Positions 30,306-40,835 of a DNA stretch of 64,000 nt are shown in pieces. The translations under genes and the position numbers were made by a program. Position 1 is the stretch's first letter. The number at the start of each line of letters is the position of its first letter. A model generated the notes under the pieces. It made no database searches. It was not told the origin of the DNA and worked only from the letters and a program-made list of their open reading frames with translations. The stretch is from Gemmatimonadota bacterium (GTDB taxonomy: Bacteria > Gemmatimonadota > Gemmatimonadetes > Gemmatimonadales > GWC2-71-9). Location of the stretch: the NCBI GenBank assembly GCA_039586365.1, contig JBDHKN010000006.1, positions 96,001 to 160,000 on the forward strand, read 5' to 3'.

Positions 30306-31736
30306 ATGAGATACGATCCGCGGCTGCGCCGCACCAAAGTTGTCGCTACGCTTGGTCCAGCATCGTCTGACGCAGAGACGTTGAGCGCAATGTTTTCGGC
30401 GGGAGTGGACGTGGTGCGGGTCAACAGCGCCCACGGTACACCTGAGAGCAGGTCGCAGTTGATGGAACTGGTACGACGCCTGCGACACCGACTCAACAGG
30501 CATGTTGCCGTTCTCGTCGATCTGCAAGGGCCTCGTATCCGAGTGGGCGCACTCGACCAGGCGCGTGAGCTGCCAGTCGGTGCCGAAGTCGTGCTGGCGC
30601 CTGAAGTGGTCGCATCAGGGGTAGAGCTACCCACCACATACGAGGCTCTGGCTCGGGACGTCAAACCAGGATCACGCATCTTGCTGGACGACGGTCTGTT
30701 GGTACTCGAGACCACTGCAGTCGACGGCCCGCTCGTGCGCGCTGTAGTGCGGCATGGTGGTTTCATCAAGAGCAACAAGGGAATCAACCTACCGGACGAT
30801 CACATAAGTGCTCCCGCGCTGACAGCGAAAGATCGGAGAGAGATTGAGTTGGCACTGGCTCACGAGGTGGACTTCATTGGTGTCTCCTTCGTGTCCAAAG
30901 CGGAGGACGTCGAGGGAGTCCGTTCGCTGGTGGGCACCTCAGCCCGTGTAGTGTCCAAGATTGAGCGACCGGCCGCGTTGGAGGATCTCGAGCGGATATT
31001 GCAGGCATCGGATGCCCTAATGGTTGCCCGTGGTGATCTGGGGGTGGAGTTGCCTTTCGAGGAAGTGCCCCTCACGCAGAAGCATGTGATCTCCCGGGCC
31101 ATTGGCCACGGAAAACCAGTCATAACGGCTACTCAGATGCTCGAGTCGATGATCAATAATCCACGGCCGACCCGCGCTGAGGCCTCGGACGTAGCCAATG
31201 CCATTCTCGACGGTACTGACGCGGTGATGCTGTCGGGTGAGACGGCTGTGGGGTCGTATCCAGTGGCTGCTGTGCAGGCGATGGTGCGCATCATCCAGGA
31301 GATTGAACAGGCGGTCGTGCGAGATCGCGTGCCACGCCGGCGCCGGGAGGATTTCACGGGCCACAAGCGCCCGGGACAGGTCGAGGACGCAGTTGCGTCG
31401 GCCGCCGCCGCAGCGGCTGAGATGCTCGAAGTGCCGCTTATACTGTGTATCACACAGAGTGGCTTCACAGCCAGGAAGATCGCGGCCAATCGGCCGCCTA
31501 CTCCCACAGTCGGACTGTCAACGGCGTGGAAGACTTGTCGTTACCTATCGCTGGTATGGGGTGTGACACCGCTCTATTCGAATGAGGTACCGAACTACGA
31601 GGCCATGTTGGGTGTTGCGCGTGAGGCGCTTCTCGAGCACGGTTACGCGTCGATCGGCGACAGGATAGTAGTGACCGCGGGGATTCCTTTCGAAGTACCA
31701 GGTACCACCAACCTGATCAAAGTAGAGACAGTCTAG
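30306..31736 (+). CDS. pyk: Pyruvate kinase
   Basis: RRTKVVATLGP, DLQGP, KIE, MVARGDLG, ATQMLESM, DAVMLSGET. Confidence 0.97.
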   Translation: MRYDPRLRRTKVVATLGPASSDAETLSAMFSAGVDVVRVNSAHGTPESRSQLMELVRRLRHRLNRHVAVLVDLQGPRIRVGALDQARELPVGAEVVLAPEVVASGVELPTTYEALARDVKPGSRILLDDGLLVLETTAVDGPLVRAVVRHGGFIKSNKGINLPDDHISAPALTAKDRREIELALAHEVDFIGVSFVSKAEDVEGVRSLVGTSARVVSKIERPAALEDLERILQASDALMVARGDLGVELPFEEVPLTQKHVISRAIGHGKPVITATQMLESMINNPRPTRAEASDVANAILDGTDAVMLSGETAVGSYPVAAVQAMVRIIQEIEQAVVRDRVPRRRREDFTGHKRPGQVEDAVASAAAAAAEMLEVPLILCITQSGFTARKIAANRPPTPTVGLSTAWKTCRYLSLVWGVTPLYSNEVPNYEAMLGVAREALLEHGYASIGDRIVVTAGIPFEVPGTTNLIKVETV

Positions 31737-31737
31737 C

Positions 31738-32532
31738 GTGCAGCTGACGGTACTGGGCTGTGGCACATCATTCGGGGTGCCTGTGATCGGCTGTCGCTGC
31801 CGAGTCTGTTTATCCGCTGATCCCCGAGATGCAAGGACTCGGGTAGCTGCAGTGGTGCAAGGGTCGGCGGGCACACGCATACTGATCGACACGCCACCAG
31901 AACTCAGGCTCCAACTCGTTCGTGCTCGCATCGACACGATCGATGCGGTTCTCTACACACACGATCACGCAGATCACATACATGGGATAGACGATCTGAG
32001 GGCACTCTCGATGCGGACTGGGAAACTGCCGATTCACGGGCCGGCGGAGACACTGGAGCGACTGGGCCAGAGTTTCAGCTATATCTTCAACGCTGCGGTG
32101 GTGCCGCGGCCCGGCACATCCAAGCCGGAGTTGAATGCTGTGCCGTTGGAGCCAGGGCGGTGGCTGGATGTGAAAGGCATATCTATCTTGCCTCTTGAGT
32201 TGGATCACGGAGGCACTCGTCTGTATGGCTACCGGTTCGGCGAATTGGCCTATCTCACCGACGTCAAATCGGTTCCGGCAAACAGCCTGGCCCTGATCAG
32301 AGGCGTCCGTGTGCTGATTGTCAGTGCGCTATTCGATCGGCCACATCCCACGCACTTCTCCTTCGATGATGCCATCGATCTTTCACGCGAGGTCGGAGCA
32401 GATCGTACGTATCTGACTCATCTAACACATCAGTTCACCTATACTGAGCTCATGGAACGCCTTCCGGAAGGCATCGAACCGGCGCATGACGGCCTCGTGG
32501 TACCTTTTGACGGCCATTGTGTCCCCGGATAG
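31738..32532 (+). CDS. MBL-fold metallo-hydrolase (PhnP-like)
   Basis: LGCGTSFGVPVIGCRCRVC, THDHADHIHG, THLTH. Confidence 0.9.
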   Translation: MQLTVLGCGTSFGVPVIGCRCRVCLSADPRDARTRVAAVVQGSAGTRILIDTPPELRLQLVRARIDTIDAVLYTHDHADHIHGIDDLRALSMRTGKLPIHGPAETLERLGQSFSYIFNAAVVPRPGTSKPELNAVPLEPGRWLDVKGISILPLELDHGGTRLYGYRFGELAYLTDVKSVPANSLALIRGVRVLIVSALFDRPHPTHFSFDDAIDLSREVGADRTYLTHLTHQFTYTELMERLPEGIEPAHDGLVVPFDGHCVPG

Positions 32533-32614
32533 CTTTCAGGAGGTGAGAGTTTGGCGGGGGTGAGATCCGTGGGCCACCAAGGACGCGGCCCTCGCAAGGA
32601 GACAAGGAGAGGCA

Positions 32615-33070
32615 ATGCCACACGAAGAGAAACAGCCAGTCGTGATAATCGAGAAGTCGAGTGGGGTTGGATCGTTTCTGCTGGGTGCACTTCTGGGTGC
32701 TGGTGCTGCCCTGCTACTTGCGCCGCGAACAGGTGAGGAAACGAGGGAGGTGCTGCGGTCCAAAGGTCGCCGACTTAGGTCGAAGGCCGAAGATACTGCG
32801 GGTGATCTGCAGAATCGTCTCGAGGACGGTTACGAGCGTGCTAAGGCACGGGTCGAGGACAAGTTCGACCGCGCACGGCAGAATCTCGGAGATACTAAGG
32901 ACGGGGCACGAGACGCCGTCGAAGCAGGTAAGGCTGCAGTGCAATCAGCACGGCAGGAACTCGAACGACGTCTTACTGATGCCCGGGCTTCGCGCAAGAA
33001 GGGTGGGGCAGCAGCCGATGAGAGCGAGCCTCCGGACTCCGCCGAGTCGGGAGAGGCAGCAACCGTTTAG
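32615..33070 (+). CDS. YtxH-like protein
   Basis: 'FLLGALLGAGAALLLAPRTGEETR' followed by a coiled coil; GGAG RBS. Confidence 0.88.
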   Translation: MPHEEKQPVVIIEKSSGVGSFLLGALLGAGAALLLAPRTGEETREVLRSKGRRLRSKAEDTAGDLQNRLEDGYERAKARVEDKFDRARQNLGDTKDGARDAVEAGKAAVQSARQELERRLTDARASRKKGGAAADESEPPDSAESGEAATV

Positions 33071-33093
33071 GGCGATCTATCACGGCCCACGTA

Positions 33094-33954
33094 GTGAAAG
33101 CGACGGGACATCCGGGGTGGATCTCCTCGCCCTGGGGATTCGTGCGCCGTGTGCTCGTGTCGGCGTTTGAGGACAACATCCTCTTCCTTGCTAGCGCGCT
33201 CACCTTTCAAGCCCTACTTGCAGCCCTGCCATTCGTGTTACTTGCGTTGGCTACTCTGGGATACGTCTTGCACGCCGGTGACGACGCGGTCACAGACGTG
33301 TTTCGCATCATGGAGAACGTGGTGCCATCAACCGGCCTTGGTGAAGGTGATCCCCTCAATCAAGTAGAGCGGTTCATCAACGGCGTTCAGGAAAGCCGCC
33401 TTCGCCTGTCGAGCTACGGACTTCCGTTGTTTCTCTGGTTCTCAACACGGTTCTTCAGTGGCGCGCGTTCTGCACTGAACCATGTGTTCGACACACAGGA
33501 AAACCGTCCGTGGTTTGTTGGCACTGCATTGGACTTCCTCCTCGTGATTGTCACCTTGGTGCTAGTGGTTCTGAGCACCATGCTGACGCTGCGGATGGCC
33601 GGTTTGCCTTGGCTCGGCCGATTCGCTGCCAGCGTTTCCACTTTTGGCCTCGGGGTAGTGCTGTTCTACATGATATACAGCTTATCTCCGACGAGGCGGA
33701 TTCCCTGGGACACGGCACTCGTCGCGGCGGCGGTAGCGTCGCTCGGGTTTGAGATAACCAAGAAGTTGTTCGTGATATACTTGGTCCAATTCACGACCGT
33801 GGATAGGTTGTTCTCCAACACTAATGTGATTGCCCTGGTCCTCCTCGTAGTGTGGATGTACTTCACTGCCTGTGTGTTCCTAGTAGGCGCTGAAGTTGCG
33901 GAGACATACGATATGCGCCAGCGCCAGCGGGAACAGCGGGCGATTCTCACGTGA
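33094..33954 (+). CDS. YihY/BrkB family membrane protein
   Basis: 'LASALTF..LLA.LP', 'ALNHVF', 'WMYFTACVFLVGAE'. Confidence 0.9.
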   Translation: MKATGHPGWISSPWGFVRRVLVSAFEDNILFLASALTFQALLAALPFVLLALATLGYVLHAGDDAVTDVFRIMENVVPSTGLGEGDPLNQVERFINGVQESRLRLSSYGLPLFLWFSTRFFSGARSALNHVFDTQENRPWFVGTALDFLLVIVTLVLVVLSTMLTLRMAGLPWLGRFAASVSTFGLGVVLFYMIYSLSPTRRIPWDTALVAAAVASLGFEITKKLFVIYLVQFTTVDRLFSNTNVIALVLLVVWMYFTACVFLVGAEVAETYDMRQRQREQRAILT

Positions 33955-33973
33955 ATTGAATGGATCTGCAACG

Positions 33974-35041
33974 GTGTCCAACGCACTGGGTTCACAGTTG
34001 CCCGACAAACCGATAGATCTACGCAGTGACACTGTCACTCGCCCGTCTCCGGGGATGCGGCGTGCAATGGCGGACGCCATAGTCGGGGACGACATCCTGG
34101 AGAGGGATCCAACCACACAGAGGCTAGAAGAGAGGATAGCGGATCTCGTGGGAAAGGAAGATGCGCTGTTCTTCCCCTCTGGGGTTCAAGCGAATCAGAC
34201 CGCAGTCTGGCTGCTGGCCGAGCGCGGGAGTGAGCTTGTTGTGGAGGCGAACGCCCACTTGGTCCACTACGAGATGGCCGGCGTGGCGGGGTTGGCGGGT
34301 GTACAGATCCGTCCTGTTACCACGCATGATGGAGTCCTCACTGCGGAGCTGGCCGCGCCCGCAATCCGCCCGGAGGGAATCCACACGCCACGAACCAGTG
34401 CGCTGGCAGTGGAAAACACTCACAATAGTGCCGGTGGTAAGCTCATGCCTACCGCCGTGTGGGATGACCTTGTCGCGCTTGCCAAGGAAAGGCAGCTCCC
34501 AATTCACCTAGACGGTGCGCGGTTGTGGAACGCGGCTGCAGCACTTCGGGAGACACCCGAACGACTTGCGCGCGGTGCCACGACAGTCTCGGTATGTCTC
34601 TCAAAAGGTTTGGGGTGTCCCGTCGGGAGCTGTCTTGCGGGGGACACTGCTCTCATAGCTCAGGCGCGCAGCGTTCGCCGCCGGTTCGGAGGGGCAATGC
34701 GTCAATCGGGCATTCTAGGTGCTGCCGGGCTCTATGCTTTGGAGCACAATCTTGCGCGGATGTGCGACGACCACGCTAACGCCCGGCTCCTCGCGCAGCA
34801 TCTGCAAGGGAATCCTGCGGTGAGGCCTCTGATGCCGGAATCGAACATTGTCATGCTCGACTTGGTGGGTCCCGGTCTAACCGCAGACGTTGTACTCCCG
34901 TTGCTGACGCAAGCTGGGGTGTTGCTAGTACCGTTCAGCCCGACACGGCTGAGAGCCGTCACACACCTCGATGTGACGACTGAGGAAGTCCAGGCCGCGG
35001 CAGGGATAATCGCAAGAGTGTTGGAGGGCTTTGGAGCCTAG
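33974..35041 (+). CDS. ltaE: Low-specificity L-threonine aldolase
   Basis: IDLRSDTVT, VENTHN, HLDGARLWNA, CLSKGLG, GGAMRQ. Confidence 0.93.
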   Translation: MSNALGSQLPDKPIDLRSDTVTRPSPGMRRAMADAIVGDDILERDPTTQRLEERIADLVGKEDALFFPSGVQANQTAVWLLAERGSELVVEANAHLVHYEMAGVAGLAGVQIRPVTTHDGVLTAELAAPAIRPEGIHTPRTSALAVENTHNSAGGKLMPTAVWDDLVALAKERQLPIHLDGARLWNAAAALRETPERLARGATTVSVCLSKGLGCPVGSCLAGDTALIAQARSVRRRFGGAMRQSGILGAAGLYALEHNLARMCDDHANARLLAQHLQGNPAVRPLMPESNIVMLDLVGPGLTADVVLPLLTQAGVLLVPFSPTRLRAVTHLDVTTEEVQAAAGIIARVLEGFGA

Positions 35042-35042
35042 C

Positions 35043-36315
35043 ATGCGAGTCATAGTGGTTGGTGCAGGCGAAGTTGGCTATCACGTTGCGGAGCGCCTGT
35101 CGAATGAGAAGCATGACGTCGTTGTCGTCGACGTCGGAAGAGGCCGGCATTAGAGAAGCGGGTTTGCTGACCGCAGTCACCAGCATCGACGAAGTGAATC
35201 TTGTCTGTTGTATGAGCGTGCGCAGCAACAAAGATTTGGTAAAGGTAGCGCGCGTATCTAATCCGGACTTCTATCTCGATGGCGCACATCTCAGGCCCGA
35301 CCTGTTTGGCGTCGACGTGATGATCAATCCAGAGCGGGAGCTTGCTCTTGAGACCATACGTCTGTTGCAGGTCACTGCGGCGACTGAGGTAGCTGTCTTC
35401 GCGGGTGGAGCCGTGCAGTTAGTGGGACTCCACGTCACCGACGATGCCCCCATTGCTGGCCGCACATTTGCGGAGATCGGAGCTGACATCGGGACCGCAT
35501 CCCTGCTGACGGTGGCGCTCAAACGTGGTGATCAGACGGTAGTCCCGACCGGAGTCACCAAGGTAAACGGGGGCGACCAGGTCTATTTCGTTGCGGCAAC
35601 GAATGCCGTTTCTCAAGGGCTCGAACTGTGTGGTTATCATCATACGGATGTGCGTCGGGTCATGATTGCCGGCGGTAGTCATGAAGCATACTACCTGGCG
35701 CAACTGCTACATCAGCATCGCGGTCAAGCAATAATGCTCATAAAGGAAAGGGAACGCGCTCAGGAACTGGCAGAGAAGCTCGGTAACGCGCTTATTCTCA
35801 ACGGTGATGCCACTGATGTAGAGCTATTGGAGCTCGAAGGAGTAGGTGGCGTCGATGCGTTTGTCGCACTGACCGACCACGACGAAACGAATATCTTGTC
35901 GGCGCTGTTAGCAAAACACGCTGGTGCGAACCAGGTCGTCACCTTGGTCAACAGAACAGACTATATGCCGCTGGCCTCCAGGATCGGGCTCGACACTATC
36001 GTGAGCCCACGGCTCTCGGCTGCCAACGCCATTCTCCGGTACGTGAGGAGGGGGAGCGTCACCAGGGTAGCGACACTGAAAGACACCGATGCAGAGGCCA
36101 TATCATTCCGTGTGTCGTCTTTCTCGCCCTTGGCTGATCGCAAACTCGAGGAGATAGATTTCCCGGCTGGCGCCATAGTTGCAGCGATCGTGCGGGGGAC
36201 GGATCAAGAAACGATCGTCCCGCGCGGTGGAGACACCTTGAAGGGTGGGGATACTGTAATTGTGTTCGCGTTGCCAGACGCAGTCGGCCCGGTGACAGAG
36301 CTGTTTCCGTCGTGA
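35043..36315 (+). pseudogene. trkA: Trk potassium uptake protein TrkA, disrupted by a deletion and frameshift near 35136
   Basis: ATG 35043 gives MRVIVVGAGEVG...DVVVVDV then TAG at 35151-35153; the remainder (EEAGIREA...) continues in another frame from 35137. Confidence 0.85.
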
Positions 36316-37751
36316 ACATACTCGAAGTCTTGCATCTTGTGGGTGCACTGCTGGTTTGGGTTGCGGCGGCGATGCTACCATCTGCTGTACTCGGTGTGTC
36401 AGACGGCTTGACGGTTCCTTGGCTAGCGTCGGTGTTTGTCACTGCCGTGACCGGGGGCCTACTTTGGGTCTTCACTCCTCGGCGCGTCTCGATAAACCGC
36501 CGTGAGGGCATCGTGATCGTGGGCCTGGGATGGGTGATGTGTGTCGCAGCGGGCAGTCTTCCTTTCATTCTGAGTGGTGTGGCTCCCACGGTCGCGGGCG
36601 GATTCTTCGAGTCCGTATCCGGCTTCACCACCACTGGTGCAACGATCTTCCCTGATGTCGACGCCCTGCCACTCAGCATACTGTTGTGGCGCTCCGTAAG
36701 CCATTGGGTGGGTGGGATGGGCATCATCGTGCTTGGCGTGGCCATTCTACCTCTGATCGGCATGGGGGGGGCCCAGCTGTTTCGGCTTGAAGTGCCGGGC
36801 ATTGCGACGGACCGTCTCAAGCCAAGAGTCGCTACTACGGCAAGGCTTCTGTGGGGAGTATACGCGCTTTTCACTGGCCTGCTGTTCGTTGTCTACATGT
36901 TTCTCGGCATGTCGGCTTTTGAAGCGATCAACCACGCGATGAGTGCGCTGGCAACAGGCGGATTCTCGACTCGCACAGCTTCGCTTGGTGCATACCAGCC
37001 AGCAATTCAGTGGGTGACGGTGTTGTTCATGCTCATAGCCGGCACCAACTTCACGCTCCATTACCGCTTCCTAACGGGCAAGTGGAGTGCCTGGTTCGAG
37101 GATGCAGAGTGGCGTTGGTACGCTGGCATGGCGGTGGGAGCCTCTCTGGCCGTCTTCGTATTGCTCGGTGCCGTGGGTGAAGGATGGGTGTTTCGCAGGG
37201 CTGCGTTCAACGTCGTGGCCATACTGACTACCACCGGATTCGCGACCGCAGACTTCGCTGTCTGGCCATCCTTCTGTCAGGTCCTGCTGCTCGGGCTCAT
37301 GTTCGTTGGGGCTATGGGTGGATCAACGGGCGGTGGCTTCAAGATGGCCCGGGCAGTTGTGGTGCTCAAACACGCCGTCAGTGAAGTTCGCAAGGTGCTT
37401 CACCCGAGGGCCGTGTTCGTGACCAAACTCGGGCGAGCGCCCATTCGATCGGACATTCTATTGAATGTGCTTGCATTTCTAGCCCTATACGTTGCGACCC
37501 ATGGTATTGGTTCTCTCCTCCTGGCTGCGCTGGGCCATGATTTGGTGACTGCCACGAGTGCCGCATTGGCTGCCATGTCGAGCATTGGACCGGGGTTGGG
37601 GCAGGTCGGACCAGCCTCGCACTACGGTGATCTCGGTTCACCTACTCATCTCATTCTCGCCGGGTTGATGCTACTGGGGAGGCTGGAATTCTATACGCTT
37701 CTGGTGCTGCTGATACCAGGGACGTGGGATCGTTGGGGTGGAGACAGGTAA
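36312..37751 (+). CDS. trkH: Trk potassium uptake membrane protein
   Basis: FFESVSGFTTTGA, ATGGFS, TTTGF, GGSTGGGFK, GPG, GRLE. Confidence 0.95.
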   Translation: MNILEVLHLVGALLVWVAAAMLPSAVLGVSDGLTVPWLASVFVTAVTGGLLWVFTPRRVSINRREGIVIVGLGWVMCVAAGSLPFILSGVAPTVAGGFFESVSGFTTTGATIFPDVDALPLSILLWRSVSHWVGGMGIIVLGVAILPLIGMGGAQLFRLEVPGIATDRLKPRVATTARLLWGVYALFTGLLFVVYMFLGMSAFEAINHAMSALATGGFSTRTASLGAYQPAIQWVTVLFMLIAGTNFTLHYRFLTGKWSAWFEDAEWRWYAGMAVGASLAVFVLLGAVGEGWVFRRAAFNVVAILTTTGFATADFAVWPSFCQVLLLGLMFVGAMGGSTGGGFKMARAVVVLKHAVSEVRKVLHPRAVFVTKLGRAPIRSDILLNVLAFLALYVATHGIGSLLLAALGHDLVTATSAALAAMSSIGPGLGQVGPASHYGDLGSPTHLILAGLMLLGRLEFYTLLVLLIPGTWDRWGGDR

Positions 37752-37761
37752 CCCAGGCCTC

Positions 37762-37791
37762 TTGGCACACCGTTGGCAGACTTGCTAGCTT
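37762..37791 (+). promoter_or_regulatory. sigma-70-like promoter of ffs
   Basis: TTGGCA-N18-TAGCTT ending 4 nt before the SRP RNA. Confidence 0.5.
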
Positions 37792-37795
37792 ACAC

Positions 37796-37896
37796 GGGCC
37801 CCAGGTCCGAAGGGCGAGCGCGCGCGAACCGCGTCAGGACCGTGAAGGTAGCAGCGCTAAGCGATGTCACTTGTCGCTTCGGGTCGCCTGGGGCTA
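37796..37896 (+). ncRNA. ffs: Small SRP RNA (4.5S)
   Basis: Terminal stem GGCCCCAGG/CCTGGGGCT; core GTCAGGACC-GTGAA-GGTAGCAGC; classical position upstream of dnaX. Confidence 0.9.
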
Positions 37897-37911
37897 CTTG
37901 TACCTATTCCC

Positions 37912-39567
37912 ATGACGCACACTGCATTAGCCCGTAAGTATCGTCCAACCAGCTTCTCGGATCTGGTTGCCCAAGAACATGTCGCGGCTGGCCTGGAAGG
38001 TGCTGTGGCCAAGGGGCGAGTCGCGCACGCCTATTTGCTGACCGGCCCCCGGGGCGTTGGGAAGACGAGTGCCGCCCGCATTCTGGCGATGGTGCTCAAT
38101 TGCCAGAATCGCGCCAGCGCTCCACGACCGGGTGAACCCTGCGGCACCTGCGATTCGTGCACCCGGATCTGGTCTGGCTCTGCCAACTTGGATGTCGTTG
38201 AGATCGATGCAGCCAGCAACCGGGGTGTGGATGACGCTCGCGACTTACGAGAGCGCGCCATGTATGCGGCCAGTGGACCGGAGGGGTACAAGATCTACAT
38301 CGTTGACGAGGCCCACATGCTGACGCGTGAGGCATGGAATGCACTGCTCAAGATCCTGGAAGAGCCTCCTCCCCGAGTAGTGTTCGTCTTCGCGACAACA
38401 GAACCCCAGAAAATCGCGAATACTGCCGCGCCGGTGATGAGCCGTGTGCAGCGCTTCGATTTCAGACGCATCGGGCCCAACGCGATTGCCGAACGCCTGA
38501 AGTTCGTGGCAGAACAGGAGGCCATTGAAGTAGAGCAGGACGCGCTGCACTTGATTTCTCGAGTTGCCGGGGGAGGGATGCGGGATGCCCTCTCACTGCT
38601 GGACCAGGCCTTGGCGTTTGGTGATGGCACTGTGACGGCTGAACGGGTGCGCCAGGCTCTCGGCTTGATCGATGATGAGATGTACGCCGATTTGCTGGGG
38701 ATGGTTGCGACAGGCAGCACGGTTGACGTGTTCCCCTTTGTTTCTCGCTTGGTGGAGGGGGGGGCCGACCTGGCGGAGTTCGTCAATGGGGCGGGCGAGG
38801 TCATGCGAGCTCTTCTCATGCAGACTCTGGGTGCCAAACCGGAAGGTCTGACGGAGGGGCTACGGGCCGCGGTCGAGCGCCATGCACCCAACTATCGGCC
38901 GGGCGACGTGCTGCGCCTGCTCAAGCTACTTAGTGCTGCTGAGACTACGATTCGCCGGAGTCCGAATGCGCGGCTACACGTGGAAACGTTGCTGGTGCAG
39001 TGGACCCTGTTGGATCGCACAGTGGAGCTCTCCGAAGTGCTTGAGGCTCTGAGTGGGGGGGGGGACGTTGAATCTCCTCCCGGCAAAAGCGGGGCTGTGC
39101 CGACTCGAAAGACGCTTGCGGGACGTCCACCAGAGGCCGCGCGCCGTGCTGCGCTACCATTGCCTGCCGGTGCCGAAGCGACCCTGGAAACGCTCCTAAC
39201 CGCTTGGTCGAACATCCTGGAACGCGTGGGGGCACGCCGGCGGATGCTGCAGGAAGCCTTGGGACATGCTGCTCCGGTAGCCGTGAAGGATGGGGTGGTC
39301 GTGCTCGAGGTAAGTGATTCAGAGGTTCACCTGGAAGGGTTGGAAAGAGGGAGGCTGACCATAGAGAAGGCAATACGGGATACGCTGAGTAGCAGTCCCC
39401 TTCGAGTCCAGTTCAAGTCTGCTGGGGATTCTGGCCAAGTTGTTTCGGGCCCGCCTCGCCGCCTCGATCGAAGTGCGGAGCAACAGGAACGACTGAAACA
39501 GTACCGCGAGAAGGATCCAGCCCTGGATGCCATAGCGGAGGCCCTCGATCTCGAAGTGATCGAATAG
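37912..39567 (+). CDS. dnaX: DNA polymerase III gamma/tau
   Basis: ALARKYRP, GPRGVGKT, EIDAASN, DEAHML, ATTE, GGMRDA. Confidence 0.97.
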   Translation: MTHTALARKYRPTSFSDLVAQEHVAAGLEGAVAKGRVAHAYLLTGPRGVGKTSAARILAMVLNCQNRASAPRPGEPCGTCDSCTRIWSGSANLDVVEIDAASNRGVDDARDLRERAMYAASGPEGYKIYIVDEAHMLTREAWNALLKILEEPPPRVVFVFATTEPQKIANTAAPVMSRVQRFDFRRIGPNAIAERLKFVAEQEAIEVEQDALHLISRVAGGGMRDALSLLDQALAFGDGTVTAERVRQALGLIDDEMYADLLGMVATGSTVDVFPFVSRLVEGGADLAEFVNGAGEVMRALLMQTLGAKPEGLTEGLRAAVERHAPNYRPGDVLRLLKLLSAAETTIRRSPNARLHVETLLVQWTLLDRTVELSEVLEALSGGGDVESPPGKSGAVPTRKTLAGRPPEAARRAALPLPAGAEATLETLLTAWSNILERVGARRRMLQEALGHAAPVAVKDGVVVLEVSDSEVHLEGLERGRLTIEKAIRDTLSSSPLRVQFKSAGDSGQVVSGPPRRLDRSAEQQERLKQYREKDPALDAIAEALDLEVIE

Positions 39568-39638
39568 CTTGCGGCACCCTACCGCCTAGGGTAGCTTGCA
39601 CCCAATTACAGTGTTTTTTTGGATGAGTGGGTAGGTCA

Positions 39639-39956
39639 ATGGCAGATTTCTCGCAGCTTCTCCAACTGGGTCAGCAGATGCAGGGTCAGCTGACCAAGAT
39701 GCAGAGTGAACTGACTCAGCAGACTGTCACCGGTTCAGCGGGCGGTGGGATGGTGACGGCCACAGCTGACGGACAGGGCCAGATTCGTTTGATCCAGATC
39801 GACCCGAGTGTCGCGGCTGAAGGTGATGTGGAAATGCTCGAAGATCTGGTCCTCGCAGCGGTCAGCGAAGCTCAGCGGAAAGCTCAGGAACTTTACCGCA
39901 ATGAACTGAGCAAGGTCACTGGAGGACTGCCGCTGCCGTTCCAGCTTCCTTTGTAG
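39639..39956 (+). CDS. ybaB: YbaB/EbfC nucleoid-associated protein
   Basis: GSAGGGMVT, MLEDLVLAAV; dnaX-ybaB-recR synteny. Confidence 0.95.
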   Translation: MADFSQLLQLGQQMQGQLTKMQSELTQQTVTGSAGGGMVTATADGQGQIRLIQIDPSVAAEGDVEMLEDLVLAAVSEAQRKAQELYRNELSKVTGGLPLPFQLPL

Positions 39957-39957
39957 T

Positions 39958-40554
39958 GTGTCTGCGATTGACGACCTTTCAGGAGAGCTGGCAAAGCTGC
40001 CCGGCATCGGGCGCAAGACAGCGACCCGGCTGACCTACTTCTTGCTCAAGCAGTCGCCGGAGGCCGTGAACCGGTTGGCCGCGGCGATCAAGGCGGTTTC
40101 GGAGCGAGTGCGTCCCTGCTCGACCTGTGGCAATCTCAGTGAATCTGACCCGTGCTCCATTTGCAGGGATCCAAGGCGGGATCCTGAGACTCTGTGCGTC
40201 GTGGAGGATGCCTCGGACATCCCAGCCATCGAACGCACCGGCGAATATCGCGGGCTGTACCACGTCCTGGGTGGCCACCTATCCCCACTGGACGGTGTTG
40301 GCCCAGAGGATCTGAGAATTGAAGCTTTGCGCATGAGGCTCGCCAACGGAAGTGAGGTTCGGGAGATTATTCTGGCGACGAATCCGTCGATGGAAGGTGA
40401 AGTTACAGCTACGTATGTTCGGCGTGAGCTCGAGAACGCCGCCGTGCGAGTCACCAGGATCGCCCTTGGGCTGCCCGTGGGAGGCGATCTCGAGTACGCG
40501 GACGGACTGACGATCGCCCAAGCTCTGGCCGCGCGGCGAGAGATGCCGACGTGA
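39958..40554 (+). CDS. recR: Recombination mediator RecR
   Basis: LPGIGRKTA, C4 zinc finger, LSPLDG, ATNPSMEGE, GGDLEYAD. Confidence 0.97.
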   Translation: MSAIDDLSGELAKLPGIGRKTATRLTYFLLKQSPEAVNRLAAAIKAVSERVRPCSTCGNLSESDPCSICRDPRRDPETLCVVEDASDIPAIERTGEYRGLYHVLGGHLSPLDGVGPEDLRIEALRMRLANGSEVREIILATNPSMEGEVTATYVRRELENAAVRVTRIALGLPVGGDLEYADGLTIAQALAARREMPT

Positions 40555-40823
40555 AGGGACCGAAAGTCAGGGCGCTGCTGATAGGTTTGGCGGTGGGCAC
40601 CACAGTGGGGGCGCTACTGGCCCAGCATTCGATGGACCGCCACCGCCGTCAGTTGTTCAGTGGGAGGCCTCTGAGGAGGCTCTCAGCTCTCAACTACTTG
40701 AACGGTCACCCCAGCGTTGATGCGGTGTACCTGTTGCAGGATTACCTTGCTTGGGAAAGACATCCTGTGCTGCGGCGCCGAGCCGAGGCAATCGCGCGAC
40801 GTATGGAAGCGAAACTAGGTTAA
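40551..40823 (+). CDS. Small membrane-anchored hypothetical protein
   Basis: GTGA overlap with recR; N-terminal hydrophobic helix and helical-hairpin-like C-terminus. Confidence 0.75.
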   Translation: MKGPKVRALLIGLAVGTTVGALLAQHSMDRHRRQLFSGRPLRRLSALNYLNGHPSVDAVYLLQDYLAWERHPVLRRRAEAIARRMEAKLG

Positions 40824-40835
40824 CCCGAGGGCAGA

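Noticed and set aside
35059..35136. ORF-track N-terminus of TrkA (MVQAKL...) or a programmed frameshift
   Set aside because: The true N-terminus is in another frame, sequence is missing and no slippery site is visible.
37763..37778. sigma-54 promoter for ffs (TGGCAC-N5-TGGC)
   Set aside because: A sigma-70 -35/-10 pair fits the RNA 5' end better.
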